DNA of 64,000 nucleotides from Nemertoderma westbladi. Its lineage: Eukaryota; Animalia; Xenacoelomorpha. The notes under the pieces were generated by a model. The model was not told where the DNA came from and did not search any database. It was given only the letters and a program-made list of their open reading frames with translations. The stretch lies in assembly GCA_032718475.1 (NCBI GenBank), contig JAUCBJ010008890.1, positions 136,392-200,391 on the forward strand. The letters run 5' to 3'. Below, one piece after another: positions 51,901-62,843 of this stretch (positions within the stretch are counted from its first letter, which is position 1; every line of letters starts with the position of its first letter). A program made the translations under genes and the position numbers.

Positions 51901-52446
51901 TAAGGGCGTCGTCGAGTTAGAATTAGTTCCTGAACTACTTGGGCTCATTATCGGTCTGTCAGTAGTAACGGAAGATGTGTAAGTTATTGCAGCGTTTGAT
52001 ACTATTGATGTCGACGGAGGAGAAGTAGTCGAGGGAGCTGATAAACGCGCAAATGTCAGTGTCGGGATATCCGGCAATGATATACGAATAATTGGAGAAA
52101 GTATTGGGAACTGAAATGAAGATGGAACGTTTTGTCTTAAGACTACAGGTGCAACAGATGTAGTCGATGGAGTGATTCTAGAAGCCGTGGCTTCTAGAAC
52201 AGATATAGCAGAATCAATTGGATTAGTTGATGATCGCCTATGCACTGCAGCGTCGATTGAAGAAGATGTGACATAACCGTCTAGGGTTGGGATATCTTGC
52301 ATCTGATCTCGCGATCTTTTTCTAGCTAATCCTCCACGATATGGGTGTGCCAATCCGCCATAATCAACATTATTAGTTCTTGGAACACCCGAAGTGTTGG
52401 TTTCTCCGTTATGTGATGGAGTTCTGTCATTAGTTGAATCACCCAT
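48964..52446 (-). CDS. Intronless 1160 aa protein: disordered Ser/Thr-rich repeat region plus C-terminal NHL-like beta-propeller
   Basis: Uninterrupted ORF; GAGRGNFKSPSGVAV..VIDSGNSRIQV is a canonical NHL blade, with further blades (RGVA..DTDGFIYI, KLAIDEKG, GGIA..VITET..RVFVY); no signal peptide, TM helix, RING or B-box seen. Confidence 0.8.
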   Translation of the reverse strand: MGDSTNDRTPSHNGETNTSGVPRTNNVDYGGLAHPYRGGLARKRSRDQMQDIPTLDGYVTSSSIDAAVHRRSSTNPIDSAISVLEATASRITPSTTSVAPVVLRQNVPSSFQFPILSPIIRISLPDIPTLTFARLSAPSTTSPPSTSIVSNAAITYTSSVTTDRPIMSPSSSGTNSNSTTPLEFPTPHSHSLYDTVQIVSRSELISRISSDAHRLMTTQTDSIRQLFNFATCSPASDFSLISLSNEGNTSLTQGSAPPSTSDLYLVHISSNSTDLCPSVSMHVVISPTTLVNYTTSPTTSSSDLITTTRSVTDPTTSSSDVISATPPVTDSTTSSSVVISVPAQVNRTTTSSSDLISTTRSVTDSTMSPSDVISATPPVTDTTTSSSDVISAPAQVNHTTTSSSDLISTTRSVTDSTMSPSDVISATHPVTDSTTSSSDVISAPAQVNHTTTSSSDLISITRSVTDSTMSPSDVISATHPVTDSTTSSSDVISAPAQVNHTTTSSSDLISTTRSVTDSTMSPSDVISATHPVTDCTTSSSDVISAPAQVNHTKTSSSDLISTTRSVTDSTMSPSDVISATHPVTDSTTSSSDVISAPAQVNHTTTSSSDLISTTRSVTDTTTSPSDVISEPAQVTDTTTSSSDVISATTPVTVTDSITSSSISSNSIALSINLPSNESTSAVVTTASSRPDNFCTWVNLFPVTTSSTEDTGEPAGESNNLSNDSQVTRDTETSTFLQSQSAQISNILANFRPNVSRNIVTLSSEVNTPVVPTTATSCTTPSTYSYTATPTSSLINIHLAPLSDQQINNLKLHLTEDVIQPGRIIHITSIIRRCLSDRGAGRGNFKSPSGVAVCSELNGFAVIDSGNSRIQVVSFDGEVVDVIPVGGKAKHIGGIAGGDFLVSGDTSIKRIGREKKVNFILRCKKRFNNDKLGKRGFRGVAGGIGEDTDGFIYIIGDRGDTIIKIKNDLPERSYKLNAQKRVAIEGTQIWTADNRMPRVKGISKLAYFGSGTLDIAFCGKCKSLKALQKYKTSGSTEIVKRYNSQLSSLTTEMFTSQRVTTEEKNIQPLSGHIGKILGAYKLAIDEKGVYFFATKSKVVDRELEDMTSVHAYTHNGLYLGTVAVGHSQIGGIAAYKGTMVITETQLDRVFVYHYIINGDLE
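50480..51560. repeat. Coding tandem repeat: 51 bp (17 aa) subunits organised as a 153 bp (51 aa) three-subunit unit
   Basis: gtgatttacttgcgc at 50641 and 50794 (153 bp period); TTSSSDLISTTRSVTD/STMSPSDVISATHPVTD/STTSSSDVISAPAQVNH cycle repeated about 6 times. Confidence 0.95.
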
Positions 52447-52850
52447 ATCTCACCCTTCATGTTCTTTACCATACAAAATGTTTATTATTAATCAATAAGT
52501 TACATTTCATCAAATAATTATTTAACATTGAATTATTTAGAGCTTAGTCTAAAAATTGATTGAAAGTTAATCTACATAAGTCTACAGTAGAGAGTATTAT
52601 CTAATTTGCACACCCATGAATTGTAGCCTATATTGTAATTCAAATGTAGAGTAAATACTGAATTATTATTGCTCCAACTTAGCAACGTTTGACAACTAAG
52701 CATGTCATTGCCAAATTAATAAGCGGCGGTTGTTTTATTTAAGTATGTGGTAGGCCTACAATGCTACAAACGCATGTCCAAGGCCAAATGTTGTATTATT
52801 TCCAAATATTTTTGATTTTGTTGGTTTTAAAATCAATACCGGTAATATTT

Positions 52851-53330
52851 TTAACCCTTTGCGTACCAACACTTAAAAAAGGCGGCACACTACCGCCTTT
52901 TTCATTCTAAATAATTCATGGCCATGCTCATAAAGGCGGCAGTGTGCCGCCTATATATACTGTAATTATAACGTAACCCCTAGGGCGGCCTTGCCGCCCT
53001 GGGTCCTTGCCGCCAAGGAGTGCCGCCTTGACATATATTATCATGACCCCCAGGTCTTATAACTTTCTTATAACTTTTGGGGTGGAGAAATGGAGTTAAT
53101 ATTCGTGTTCGGTAGGAAAAACTGGTATAGAAAATATTTTTTTATTTTAGCTTGAAGGGATTCCTATTGGTTTGAGGGTATTTTAAATTACATAATTTTA
53201 GCAACTTAATTTCAATTTAGCAATAATTTTGTTACAAATGATTTTGGCGGCAGTGTGACGCCCATGGGGTTCAAATCAACGATTTAAAAACATTTAAAAT
53301 GGTTAAAGGCGGCAGTGTGTCGCCATTGAT
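52851..53330 (+). mobile_element. piggyBac-like element end (TTAA|CCCT) with subterminal ggcggc..ccgcc palindromic repeats; other end not seen
   Basis: ttaaccctttgcgtacc at 52851; ggcggcagtgtg(c/a/t)cgcc-type motifs at ~52880, 52935, 52984, 53246 and 53308. Confidence 0.55.
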
Positions 53331-54270
53331 AGTTGGATAAGAATAATACAGTTAACCTCTTTATATAAAAATCTCTGGTAAGACAAGTAAATAAACCTTG
53401 GCCCGATCAAATATATTTTTCTTGGTAAAAATTTATGAATTTATCTTTTGGTACACAATATGGGCTAAATGAGACTTCATCCGGTGCCGGAACAATTAGT
53501 AGCCTGATTGGTCTGTAGAGTACAGTATGTAGGCTTAGTGCTGAAATGTCAGAGGAGGCGAATCACCATTTAATTAGTGGAGGAGAATACTCTGATTGGA
53601 TTTCACTTACTGTACAGTATGTTGTTGTTGTTGTTGTTGAATCCATCCAAATAGTTAATTATGCATGCAATCTATAGCTCAATACTCTGTTATTGACCGT
53701 TCCCATGGACGCATTTTACTCACCAACAACCCACGGGTTCTATTATATTAGTTATATGCAATGAATAATGTCTTCAAACTATGAAAGGTATGTAACGTCT
53801 TGAAGAAATTAGGTTTTAATTTGGTGAAGGTAATGAAGTATAGTAATATAAAAAAGATAGCCATCGGTCAGGCCACAGGGTAGGGATACAAAATGGGATG
53901 CAGGTGGGATGCAAAACGGTGCCCAACGAAAGTTATAATAATATGAAACCACTCGTCATTCACCCAAAACACCAAAAATAAATTATAAAAATATTATACG
54001 GCACACACAGAAATATCGATATTATAATCGTGCTGATTTCCTTTGCCCAATTTATCCACATTTTTGTATGACATATCAGGATGTAGAAAAATAAATATTA
54101 AACGAAAATAAATGAATGATTATTTAGCCTAACTTAACTCGACTAGGTTTGAGTTGATGTTTACCAATTTGAAACCCATTCAGACTTTAACTGGTGCTAA
54201 TCCGACTACCACGGAAACCCTTTAGAATCGAAGACCGAGCTCCAATGGAATGTTTAGTGAAAATAACCTT

Positions 54271-57200
54271 CTACGACCTGTATATCGTTTCTCCAATGGC
54301 GAAGTTGATGGATGGTTTCTGATGGGTAGACCCGTTCCTAATCGCGGACTCCTTACCACTTCCGACGCCCCCATTTCCAGAGCTCTTCTGACTGCCTGAT
54401 CCGTTATTATAGGCGCAGATTTTACGAATGACTGAATCTTTAGAACAGGGGCCTAGCTCAATGTTGGACCCTTTACTAGCGGAGTCCATCTGAATGGTTG
54501 ACCCTTTACTAGCGGAGTCCATCTGAATGGATGACCCTTTAATAGCGGAGTTTATCTGCGAATTTGAGCCTTTAGTTCCGGAGTCTGTCGCACTGCCTTT
54601 AGTTCCGGAGTCTGTCGCACTGCCTTTAGTTCCGGAGTCTGTCGCACTGCCTTTAGTTCCGGAGTTTGTCGCACTGCTAAAGCTTTTACTAGAAGAGCCT
54701 TTGGTACTGGTTGAATGTCTCCTGGTGGATTTATTCACTTCGATGACGGATTTCTATAACGTAAAATACTTTTGGAAGTGCTTTTGGGACTACATGTCAT
54801 CAGAATATGTCAGTCAGTACAGTATATTTATTAACTGATGCTGATAGTATATATATCTATAATATAGGAGAGCAGGGATGGTTGAAACATGAGGAGGGGT
54901 GGATCAGTGCATTTAAATGAGAACGCTTGGGTTGGGCGTTTCCATGGATACATCATTAGAGAGACAATTAAAAACTGCTCCTACTCTTGTCTTTAGACCA
55001 ACAGACAAAATGCTGTTTTGCTATGAAGGAAAGTATACTTTGGCCACCGGTTTTCTAGAACTGATTTGGATCCCTCCCATTTAATTGATTTGAAAATTCA
55101 CCAATAAATATGATACTTTTCTGGTGAATAATTTATTCTGCTTCAAAATAAGGTATCAATGATTACGTCACTGTTCTGCACTTTTCGTACACAATGCATT
55201 TTTCAAAAAATGGAGTAGTGTGGGAGGCTTGAATCAATGGATGAGTAGGAGGGTTGAATCACTTCGGATGGATGGGTAGGAGGGTTGAACCACTTTCCTA
55301 TTGGTTGTTCTGGATATTTATCTACAGGTATGGGTGGTATTTAGAAGGACTAATTGAGAGGCTTGTTTTAACATTGTTGCTTTCTTGTCAACCCGTGGTG
55401 TCAGGTAGCGAATAACGGTAGAGGCAGAGTCGGCAGATGTTCATAGTGAGAACCAGAGCCACAGGCTATAGTCACTCGAGGGGGGAGAATAATAAACGCA
55501 CGCGATTAACTATATTTGAACGAAGTAAATCATAATCAATTCAATGTGAATTAGGCCTACACTTAATTAATGATCTTTTAATGAAATGTGCAATGATATA
55601 TTTCACTGGTATTATTGTCAAATTAAAAAACGACAGTTATTAATTGAGTTAGAAAGTGACAAAAGTGACATGTCAAATACTGAAAAAAACACAGACAAAC
55701 AGACAGAAAGACAAATTTTCATTGACACATTTTCATTTGATAAAATTGCTTCTACTGTATGGGTGGTACAGTACAACCCTCCTAACCCCCATGATTCAAG
55801 CCTCTTATATGGGGTAGGAGGCGTAATCCCGAAAACTCGGGGAGGCGCAACCCAGAAAACTCGGCTCGGGAAAACGCTTATTTCTCATATAATACATGAT
55901 TTTAGTACCTTAATATTCCAATAGATGCGGAATAGATTGTTTTAGGTATTTGTGCAATTTCAGCCTGAAGCTACGATGTGGAACAGAATAAATCAATTTT
56001 TTGTTAATTTTGGTTCAACCCTCCTTACTCTTCCCTACATCATATCCCTTAAATCCCTTAGTACAAAAACCGTTTAGCAAGTCGGATGGCCCCCCTCCCC
56101 TAATTTTTTTCAAATTTAAATCATATGCTACGCAATTTGGTATGGTATTGCCTACTTGGCAATATTTACGCACTTCAGAACAGCTTTATTTTTCGTCTTT
56201 TGAATGTAATATAGATATCATTGGAACCGCGCCTTCATCTGCAGATTCAGAATCTGAAACCGTTTTAAATTTCACCCAAAATTGCCAAAGATATTATCTA
56301 CATACTGAGGGCTACGTGACTGTTATGTACTGTATTTACCTGTCCGGACTCAGATGGATGTTCATATTCCACTAAAGCCATCCTATTCTGTCGAAATTCT
56401 CTCTCTTCAATGACACGAAATTTACGAATTTCCTCTAAGGCTGTTTTTATTTCCTGTCCACTTTCAAATGAAGGTTTTGGTGGTGTCACTGTTGCTTGTC
56501 TGCTATCCTTGGTCGAACGCATAGTGGCGGTGTTCAAAAACAACTGTGTGGTATTTATATCCTTGTCTCTAGAATTGTTAAAAAAAGTGCCATATTCATA
56601 AATAAAATAGCGTAAATAGTGTTGGTGCGCGAAACAATTGTTGGGCTAGAAAGAATCGAATAAGGGGTAACAAGGTGCTCTGAATCGAGTGGCGGGGTGT
56701 GTTTTTTGTAAAAAACACGAGGAAACTGTCGAAATGGCGGGTGTAAGTAAAAGCGGGAAGCCAATTTTGAAAATCGGCTGTGATTGGCTGCTATATATTT
56801 GACGCCACTACGCTGTGCTCAGATAATTTATTATATTGCTTTCTAGGGGGGGGGGGGGGGAATGTTAGATCCATTCAAAAACACAATTAATCAATCATTT
56901 CACCGTGGCTTATATCAATTGAAAGCGGAGTCTTTGGGGGGGGGGGGGGGGGGGGTACACCATTTTGGTCCAAAATATGTCGAAATCATTTTCATAAATT
57001 TGAATTTATAAATAATTCATAAATTTTCATTAATAGCTCTTTTCATTTTTAAGATATAACAATTTCCATTCAGGGCGACCTATTGAAATTACTATTACTA
57101 TGTATAATAAAAGGACGATTATCTCCAAATATTTTTTTAATGAAATTGTTAACTTCAAAACAACAAACCTAAAAAATTCATGAAAAAATTTCATGTGATT

Positions 57201-60200
57201 CCATTCAAAACTGTGAAAGCCTTAGGATTTTAAGCGCAACCAAATTTTTTATTTTTAACTCGTATTAACTAATATTAAATAGCGAAAAATAGAATTTTTC
57301 TTACCTGTCATCTAGAATAGCATCTTAGGTACCTAATCCAAATTATAGCTAAAACCAAACAATTTTGAAACGCTGAGAGTGATAAATCGAAGAGTTGTCC
57401 GAAAATGGACACCCCCTAACACTACAATCACTTAAATTCACCTGAACATTAATAAAGTTCTGTTTGCAATTTTGTAAACTTGGTAGATTGCCAGACCCCG
57501 TATGCAAGCACTCACCAACTCAGCCCTAGCCACCTATTGCATTGCAGTTATCAGAGTATGCATATTGCTGTACTGTAGGCCTATTGTTGCTTATGTTCAT
57601 TAAGTTGAGTAAACCTACCGCTGTACCACTCTTACGCTACCGCTGACCGGTACACATTTCAACTTAATTAACTTAAGCTGCACTGCAATACAGCGATACT
57701 GCAATGCAATAGGTGGATAGGGCTGAGTGGTTCAGTACTATGTACAGTAGGCCTACTTGCATACCGATACTTTGCAGCCAATCACAGCCGATTTTCAAAA
57801 TTGGCTTCCCGGGCTTACTTAAACCCGCCATTTCGACCGTTTCCTCGTGTTTTTACAAAAAACACTCCCCGCCACTCGATTCAGGGCATATTGTTACCCC
57901 TTATTCGTTTGTTTCTAGCCCAAAATTTTTTTCTAGCACCAACCCTATTACAGTAATGCCCGTCAAATTACTGTACAGGCTCGTTAATTCTTGACCACCT
58001 GACACTCGGGTTGATTAAATATTGCAAATTTACAGTAGCAGGACGAAGTAAGGAAAGTTAGCAAACGGTTATAATTATTTCAAGGTTCAACCGCTGTATA
58101 GTCTGATAGTCACCGTCTAACGGGATATACTGGATAACTGCTGAGTCCCCACACACAAATTCTATAGACTACAGTGTAGGCTGTGTGTGTGGTTGTAAGA
58201 GGTTGAGTTATTAGCTTTCAACATAAACCGACAGCAGACCAAACAGACAAAGGTTGAATCAGCGGTACCCTTACGCTAAGCGCGCTTACTCTGTCGTTTA
58301 CCCCACAGGACATTTGGTTCAAATGTAATTGGACAAATCAAAGTGAACATGTTGATGTTGAATCCCATGTAAGCGCACGTGATTCATCCCAATGTCTACT
58401 GGTTTCCTTCCAGTTACACTAACACTCTTAAATTTTATTACTTTATTTTATTAATTTTTATAAGTTAATTAAATACAGTATATGTTACACTTACAAAACT
58501 CCTGGTTGTTTTGAAGTAGCCAAATCTAGTTTGTGATTAGCTTGCTGCAGTAAGTCTGTGAGTCGAGGAATGATTAAACGGTAGCTGTTCATCTCTTTAC
58601 GCTTCCTCTCTAACTCATTATTCAGATTATCAACGAAGACAACGTAATACTGTTCTATTTTACTGAAATATAATGTAATAAATAACCTCTTTGTTGGCAT
58701 ATCGAAGGCAATTAGATGGCACGTGCGCTAGTGATCTTCTCGGAGGCTCAAACCATGATCCGACCTACTAACCTACCCTTACTATACTAACCGGAATCAA
58801 TGTACGGACGTCACTGTAGGAACAAGCATTCGAAACATATTGCATGCAATACGTTTAAGGGGTGTAACCATTAAACCCCCAACAGAACCACAACCGGAAC
58901 CGACAAGCTTTTCTCAGTTTCAGTAGCCTACGAACAGCTACGAGTAGTATCAGGTGTACACATTAAATGACTAGACAAATTTCCGGTTTTCTGGAAATAA
59001 ATTTGCAATTACAGCATTTATGCCTATAAGGTCGTAGATCAGTCAATAGATAGTCATTGGACTAAAGTTTATTGTGGCACCGATTTCGGGGAAAAGCCCA
59101 CGAGTCACCAATTATTATTAACAGTATTGTATAAGGCAAAATAATGTACTGTAAAATAAAAAATTTGGTTCGGCTGAATTACGAATTAATTTTGGGTTAC
59201 TGTACCCCATAGTTTTGCCTAGATTGCCTGGAGTACTGTATGTATAGGCCTACTACAGTATCAACTCTCTCTACACATATGCGGAAATCAAAATCACCAA
59301 TGATATCCAAACATACTGTACTACCTTACTGTACCTCTTAAGTTCAGCATTGTCCTCTTTAAGTTCGTCTAATAATCTCGTTTGCCTCTTCAATTCCATG
59401 TCACGTTCTCTCACCACTTTCTCCTTGTTGACCATGTCTACTTGCATTGCTGCTAATACAGTCTAAAATTAGAGAATAGTTGCAAATTATTATTATTATT
59501 TAATTAGTATAAACTACAGTAAAAAGTTTGGGCCTACCCCACCGATATTTAAGCAATGCCTTTTTATTTATTATACTGAATATAACCACTGTGAATATCT
59601 TACATTCGTGTGCTTAACGTGACTTGTAGCTACTCCTAACTTAGATCTCAATAGAACATTATCCATTAGAACTCGTTTTAACTGCTTCTTCAAGTTTCCG
59701 TTTTTCTGATTATCATTATTTTCCAATGATTCTTTTATGCCGCTTTCTCTTTCACCCCTCAAACATTTCTTCAAATTGTTTTCTGAAATAAGTTTGATTA
59801 AGTAGGCCTGTCATAGAACAGAGTAGGCTTAGCATAGGTAGTTAGTTACTGTAGTTAGGTTAAGTTAAATAAACTTTTTTCTTTAGTTTTTCGCCCAAGA
59901 AGGGTGAGATCCCGCATCTACTGTAATAACGATACTGTATATACGCTTTAACAACTGTATATTCCGCATTCAATTGTGATTTACCTGTTTGGTTTTTAAC
60001 GTGTGCATGCGCCATATTTTTGACGGGTTGACGTTTTTGTTTTGGGCCAATAGGATACTCTTTTAAGGCGTTGTCACCATCATATGTGGGACTGTCGCTG
60101 ACATCACAAGTTACTTTCGGCCCCACATCATCAGCTGTATTCGTATGTATGCTACCTTTGAATACATCACTATCGCGCTTAAACTCCTCAAATGATTTAG

Positions 60201-60234
60201 TTAAACGTATTGCATCCGAAATAGTTTGATTCAT
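54271..60234 (-). CDS. Predicted six-exon orphan gene (~478 aa): coiled-coil middle and Ser/Gly/Lys/Thr-repeat C-terminus. Exons 60234-59985, 59782-59604, 59462-59335, 58662-58495, 56568-56340, 54753-54271
   Basis: All five introns are GT..AG with T-rich acceptors; phases 1,0,2,2,0 match on both sides and join five tracked ORFs plus one short exon into a 1437 nt frame; last exon has 27 bp (KGSATDSGT) and 33 bp repeats. The start and the last exon are less certain. Confidence 0.72.
54866..56057. mobile_element. Degenerate TIR element in intron 5 (pogo/Tigger-like MITE)
   Basis: taggagagcagggatggttgaaac ... ggttcaaccctccttactcttcccta; internal ggagggttgaa repeats at ~55220-55290 mirrored at ~55770-55805. 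Confidence 0.55.
56617..57947. mobile_element. Inverted pair of a ~175 bp dispersed repeat enclosing smaller MITE-like inserts (intron 4)
   Basis: 56617-56790 is the reverse complement of 57775-57947; termini tagtgttggtgc / gcaccaacccta; no matching TSD seen. Confidence 0.7.
57518..57728. mobile_element. Small palindromic MITE
   Basis: actcagccctagccacctattgcattgcagt ... actgcaatgcaataggtggatagggctgagt. Confidence 0.75.
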
Positions 60235-61559
60235 ATTGTAGTAGATATACTGTAGATAGCCTAATTATATGTGTTCTTGTGTGTGATTTTAAACTACGGA
60301 AATTAACATAAATTAATCAAAAAATTATGTAACTTTTCCAATAAATTTTTCGAACATAGTTTGAGATGCTATGGTTACTCAAATAAACACAAAGACAGTT
60401 TACACTGTAACTGTGATTGACTAATAACAACAACTGTATTTATTAATTTGTATGAAATTAATTTCGCGCTACCAAATTGCCAGGGCGACATATTTTCCAA
60501 CTTTAAATCGCAGTGCGACATTATTTCTCAGGATGTCCCTACGCCATACATTTACTACTGTAGGCCTATGTATAGTATTTTCAGTATGTCATCGGGTAAT
60601 TATTTGGATGTTCTAGAAACTTTAAGTGCATAATTACAAAATAATTCCCAACAAACAAATAAAATTAGATTCGCCATTGTTTATAATTATCACTTTAAAG
60701 CTTTTACGGCCGTCGTTTTAATCACTCGTGGCGAAACGCTACAGTAGGCCTATAAAGTATTACAGTATTTTATGAACAATGTCGTAGGCCTATATAGTTA
60801 TTACATCATTTTGTGCAAAGTAGGGCCTACCATATTATTGTTTATTTATTTAAACCTCCCTCGCTGCGCTCGCTCGGTACATAAATAAACTCGGGTCATA
60901 ATGCTGCATAGTGACCTTTGCACACAATGATGAACGTAATTTTGTTACATTACGCCAAGTTTATGAATCAACAGCGTTTGTTGGTTTGTTATGTGAAGAA
61001 ACAATTTCATGGTTGCTCATTCAAACATTTTAATAATGTAGGCCTACTACTGTATTTCGAATATAAGAAAAATTAATTAACAGTTAATTATTTAATATAT
61101 TTATTTTAAATATATTTATAATAATAATAATAACACGTAACATCCATTACACAGTATTTATTATACATTTATATCTAATTAAAGTTTATTGTTACGTCAC
61201 CTCCTGAATGGATGTGATAAATCGTTGATCCAACTTGACATTTGTCGGCTGAACCAAATTGAGTCATCATCGTTTGTGTCCGTTCAGTTTTACTGCACAC
61301 TGTCGCCATTCTCTTTGCTCCCTACCCTAACGCTACTGTATGTTCGATGTGGCGCTGAGATAGATTCCGATTGCCAACCAGGATGCATGAGTTACTTCGA
61401 ACTACTCTACTATAGCTCCCTTAACTACAGCTAGAGTGGCACTAGTGCGGCAAAAGCAATGGCCAGTATAGGTTTGTAATCAATAAAATTGGCAATATAG
61501 ATGCAATTTTGTTAGTCCTTGCCCAATGGTAGTGCATCCAGTATCCTTGTTAATGGGGT

Positions 61560-62843
61560 TAAAGTTCCTGTATACCCTCGAAAAAGGAAAAAGGCCCCCT
61601 GGACTAACCATATAATTCGGAAGTGCCGAAATGACATCCATAAGGCGCAGAAAGAGTCCCGGCTCAAAAAGACTACAGCGGCCAAGAATGCAGTTAAGGC
61701 TGCATCTAGATCACTGAACAGGCAGTGCTATGTTAATCTACAGGAGCTTATAAACCAACAGGTTGATGCCATCAATGATGCTGACGACAGCAGGAAATCA
61801 TCCCAGGCATGGAAATCGATCAACTTCCCATTTGAAAGTCCCAATTTTAAAAGCTCCTCAATAATGACAGGGTATTGCCCGATAACTTTAGAGAAGTAAA
61901 AGTTTCTAAGTCTGTACTCCCAGATATTCCCATTGGCGATATTTCCTTTACTGAAGTGAAGGCTGCTGCAAAGAGCATTAAGACCAATCGTGCCAGTGGA
62001 GTAGATGGTGTCCCCCCTGAGGTCTTTAAACTACCTGAATGTTTGAATCATTAATCCCACCATAGAAAACATGTACAGAACGACAAGAGTCCCACAAGAA
62101 ATGAAAACAAATAAGTTGGTTTCAGTTCCCAAGAAGGGCAACCTAACACTCCATGGTTCTTTTCGGGTAATCTCATTGATCTCGATTGATGCAAAGCTAT
62201 ACAATAGAATTCTATTAAAACGCATCAGGGATCCCACTGAGAGACTGCTACGTCGAAATCAGAATGGGTCCCGTAAAGGTCGTGGGACCATGGAGCCAAT
62301 TTCGGCACTTAGAAGGATTGGCATCTGGCTGTTATCTTTGTTGACTTCTTCAAGGCCTTTGATTCAGTCTCTCGCTCACGTATGTTCAATATAATATGGG
62401 ATTCCTGATGAAATTATTACAGCAATAAGATCAGTATACGATGGTTCGACGACATGTGTGTATACTGTTGACCGTGACACAGACCATTCTAAGTGTTATG
62501 GGGAGTCCTCCAGGGAGAACACACTTGTGCCATTCTTGCTCATAATTATGGTTGACTATGGTCTACGCATGTCCTTAAATCATCATAATGATGATGGTGT
62601 GATGGTAACACCACCTACTGGCTCCAGAAGTCGAGGAAATCCTGCCGAGTACCTAACTGATCTAGTCTTTGCTGATGACTTAGGAGTACTCTCAAAATCG
62701 CTAGAGGGAGCTCAGCTCATTAGAACAGGCTGATTCTAGTGTTGGTCTTTTTATTGACTCGAAATAGACCAAAATTTTGACAGTTAACTTTGAAAGTCAC
62801 CAGCAAGTCTCTGACCGGATGAGCATAAGCACAAAGGATGGTA
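61560..62843 (+). mobile_element. Second, more decayed copy of the RTE-like element (linker plus RT), with deletions and frameshifts
   Basis: 61883-62843 aligns to 1958-2969; upstream ORF PRKRKKAPW..AWKSIN resembles the endonuclease-RT linker. Confidence 0.92.

Noticed and set aside
48964-60234. Integrated virus or Polinton (run of same-strand ORFs)
   Set aside because: No polymerase, capsid, ATPase or integrase motifs; the short ORFs splice together as ordinary exons
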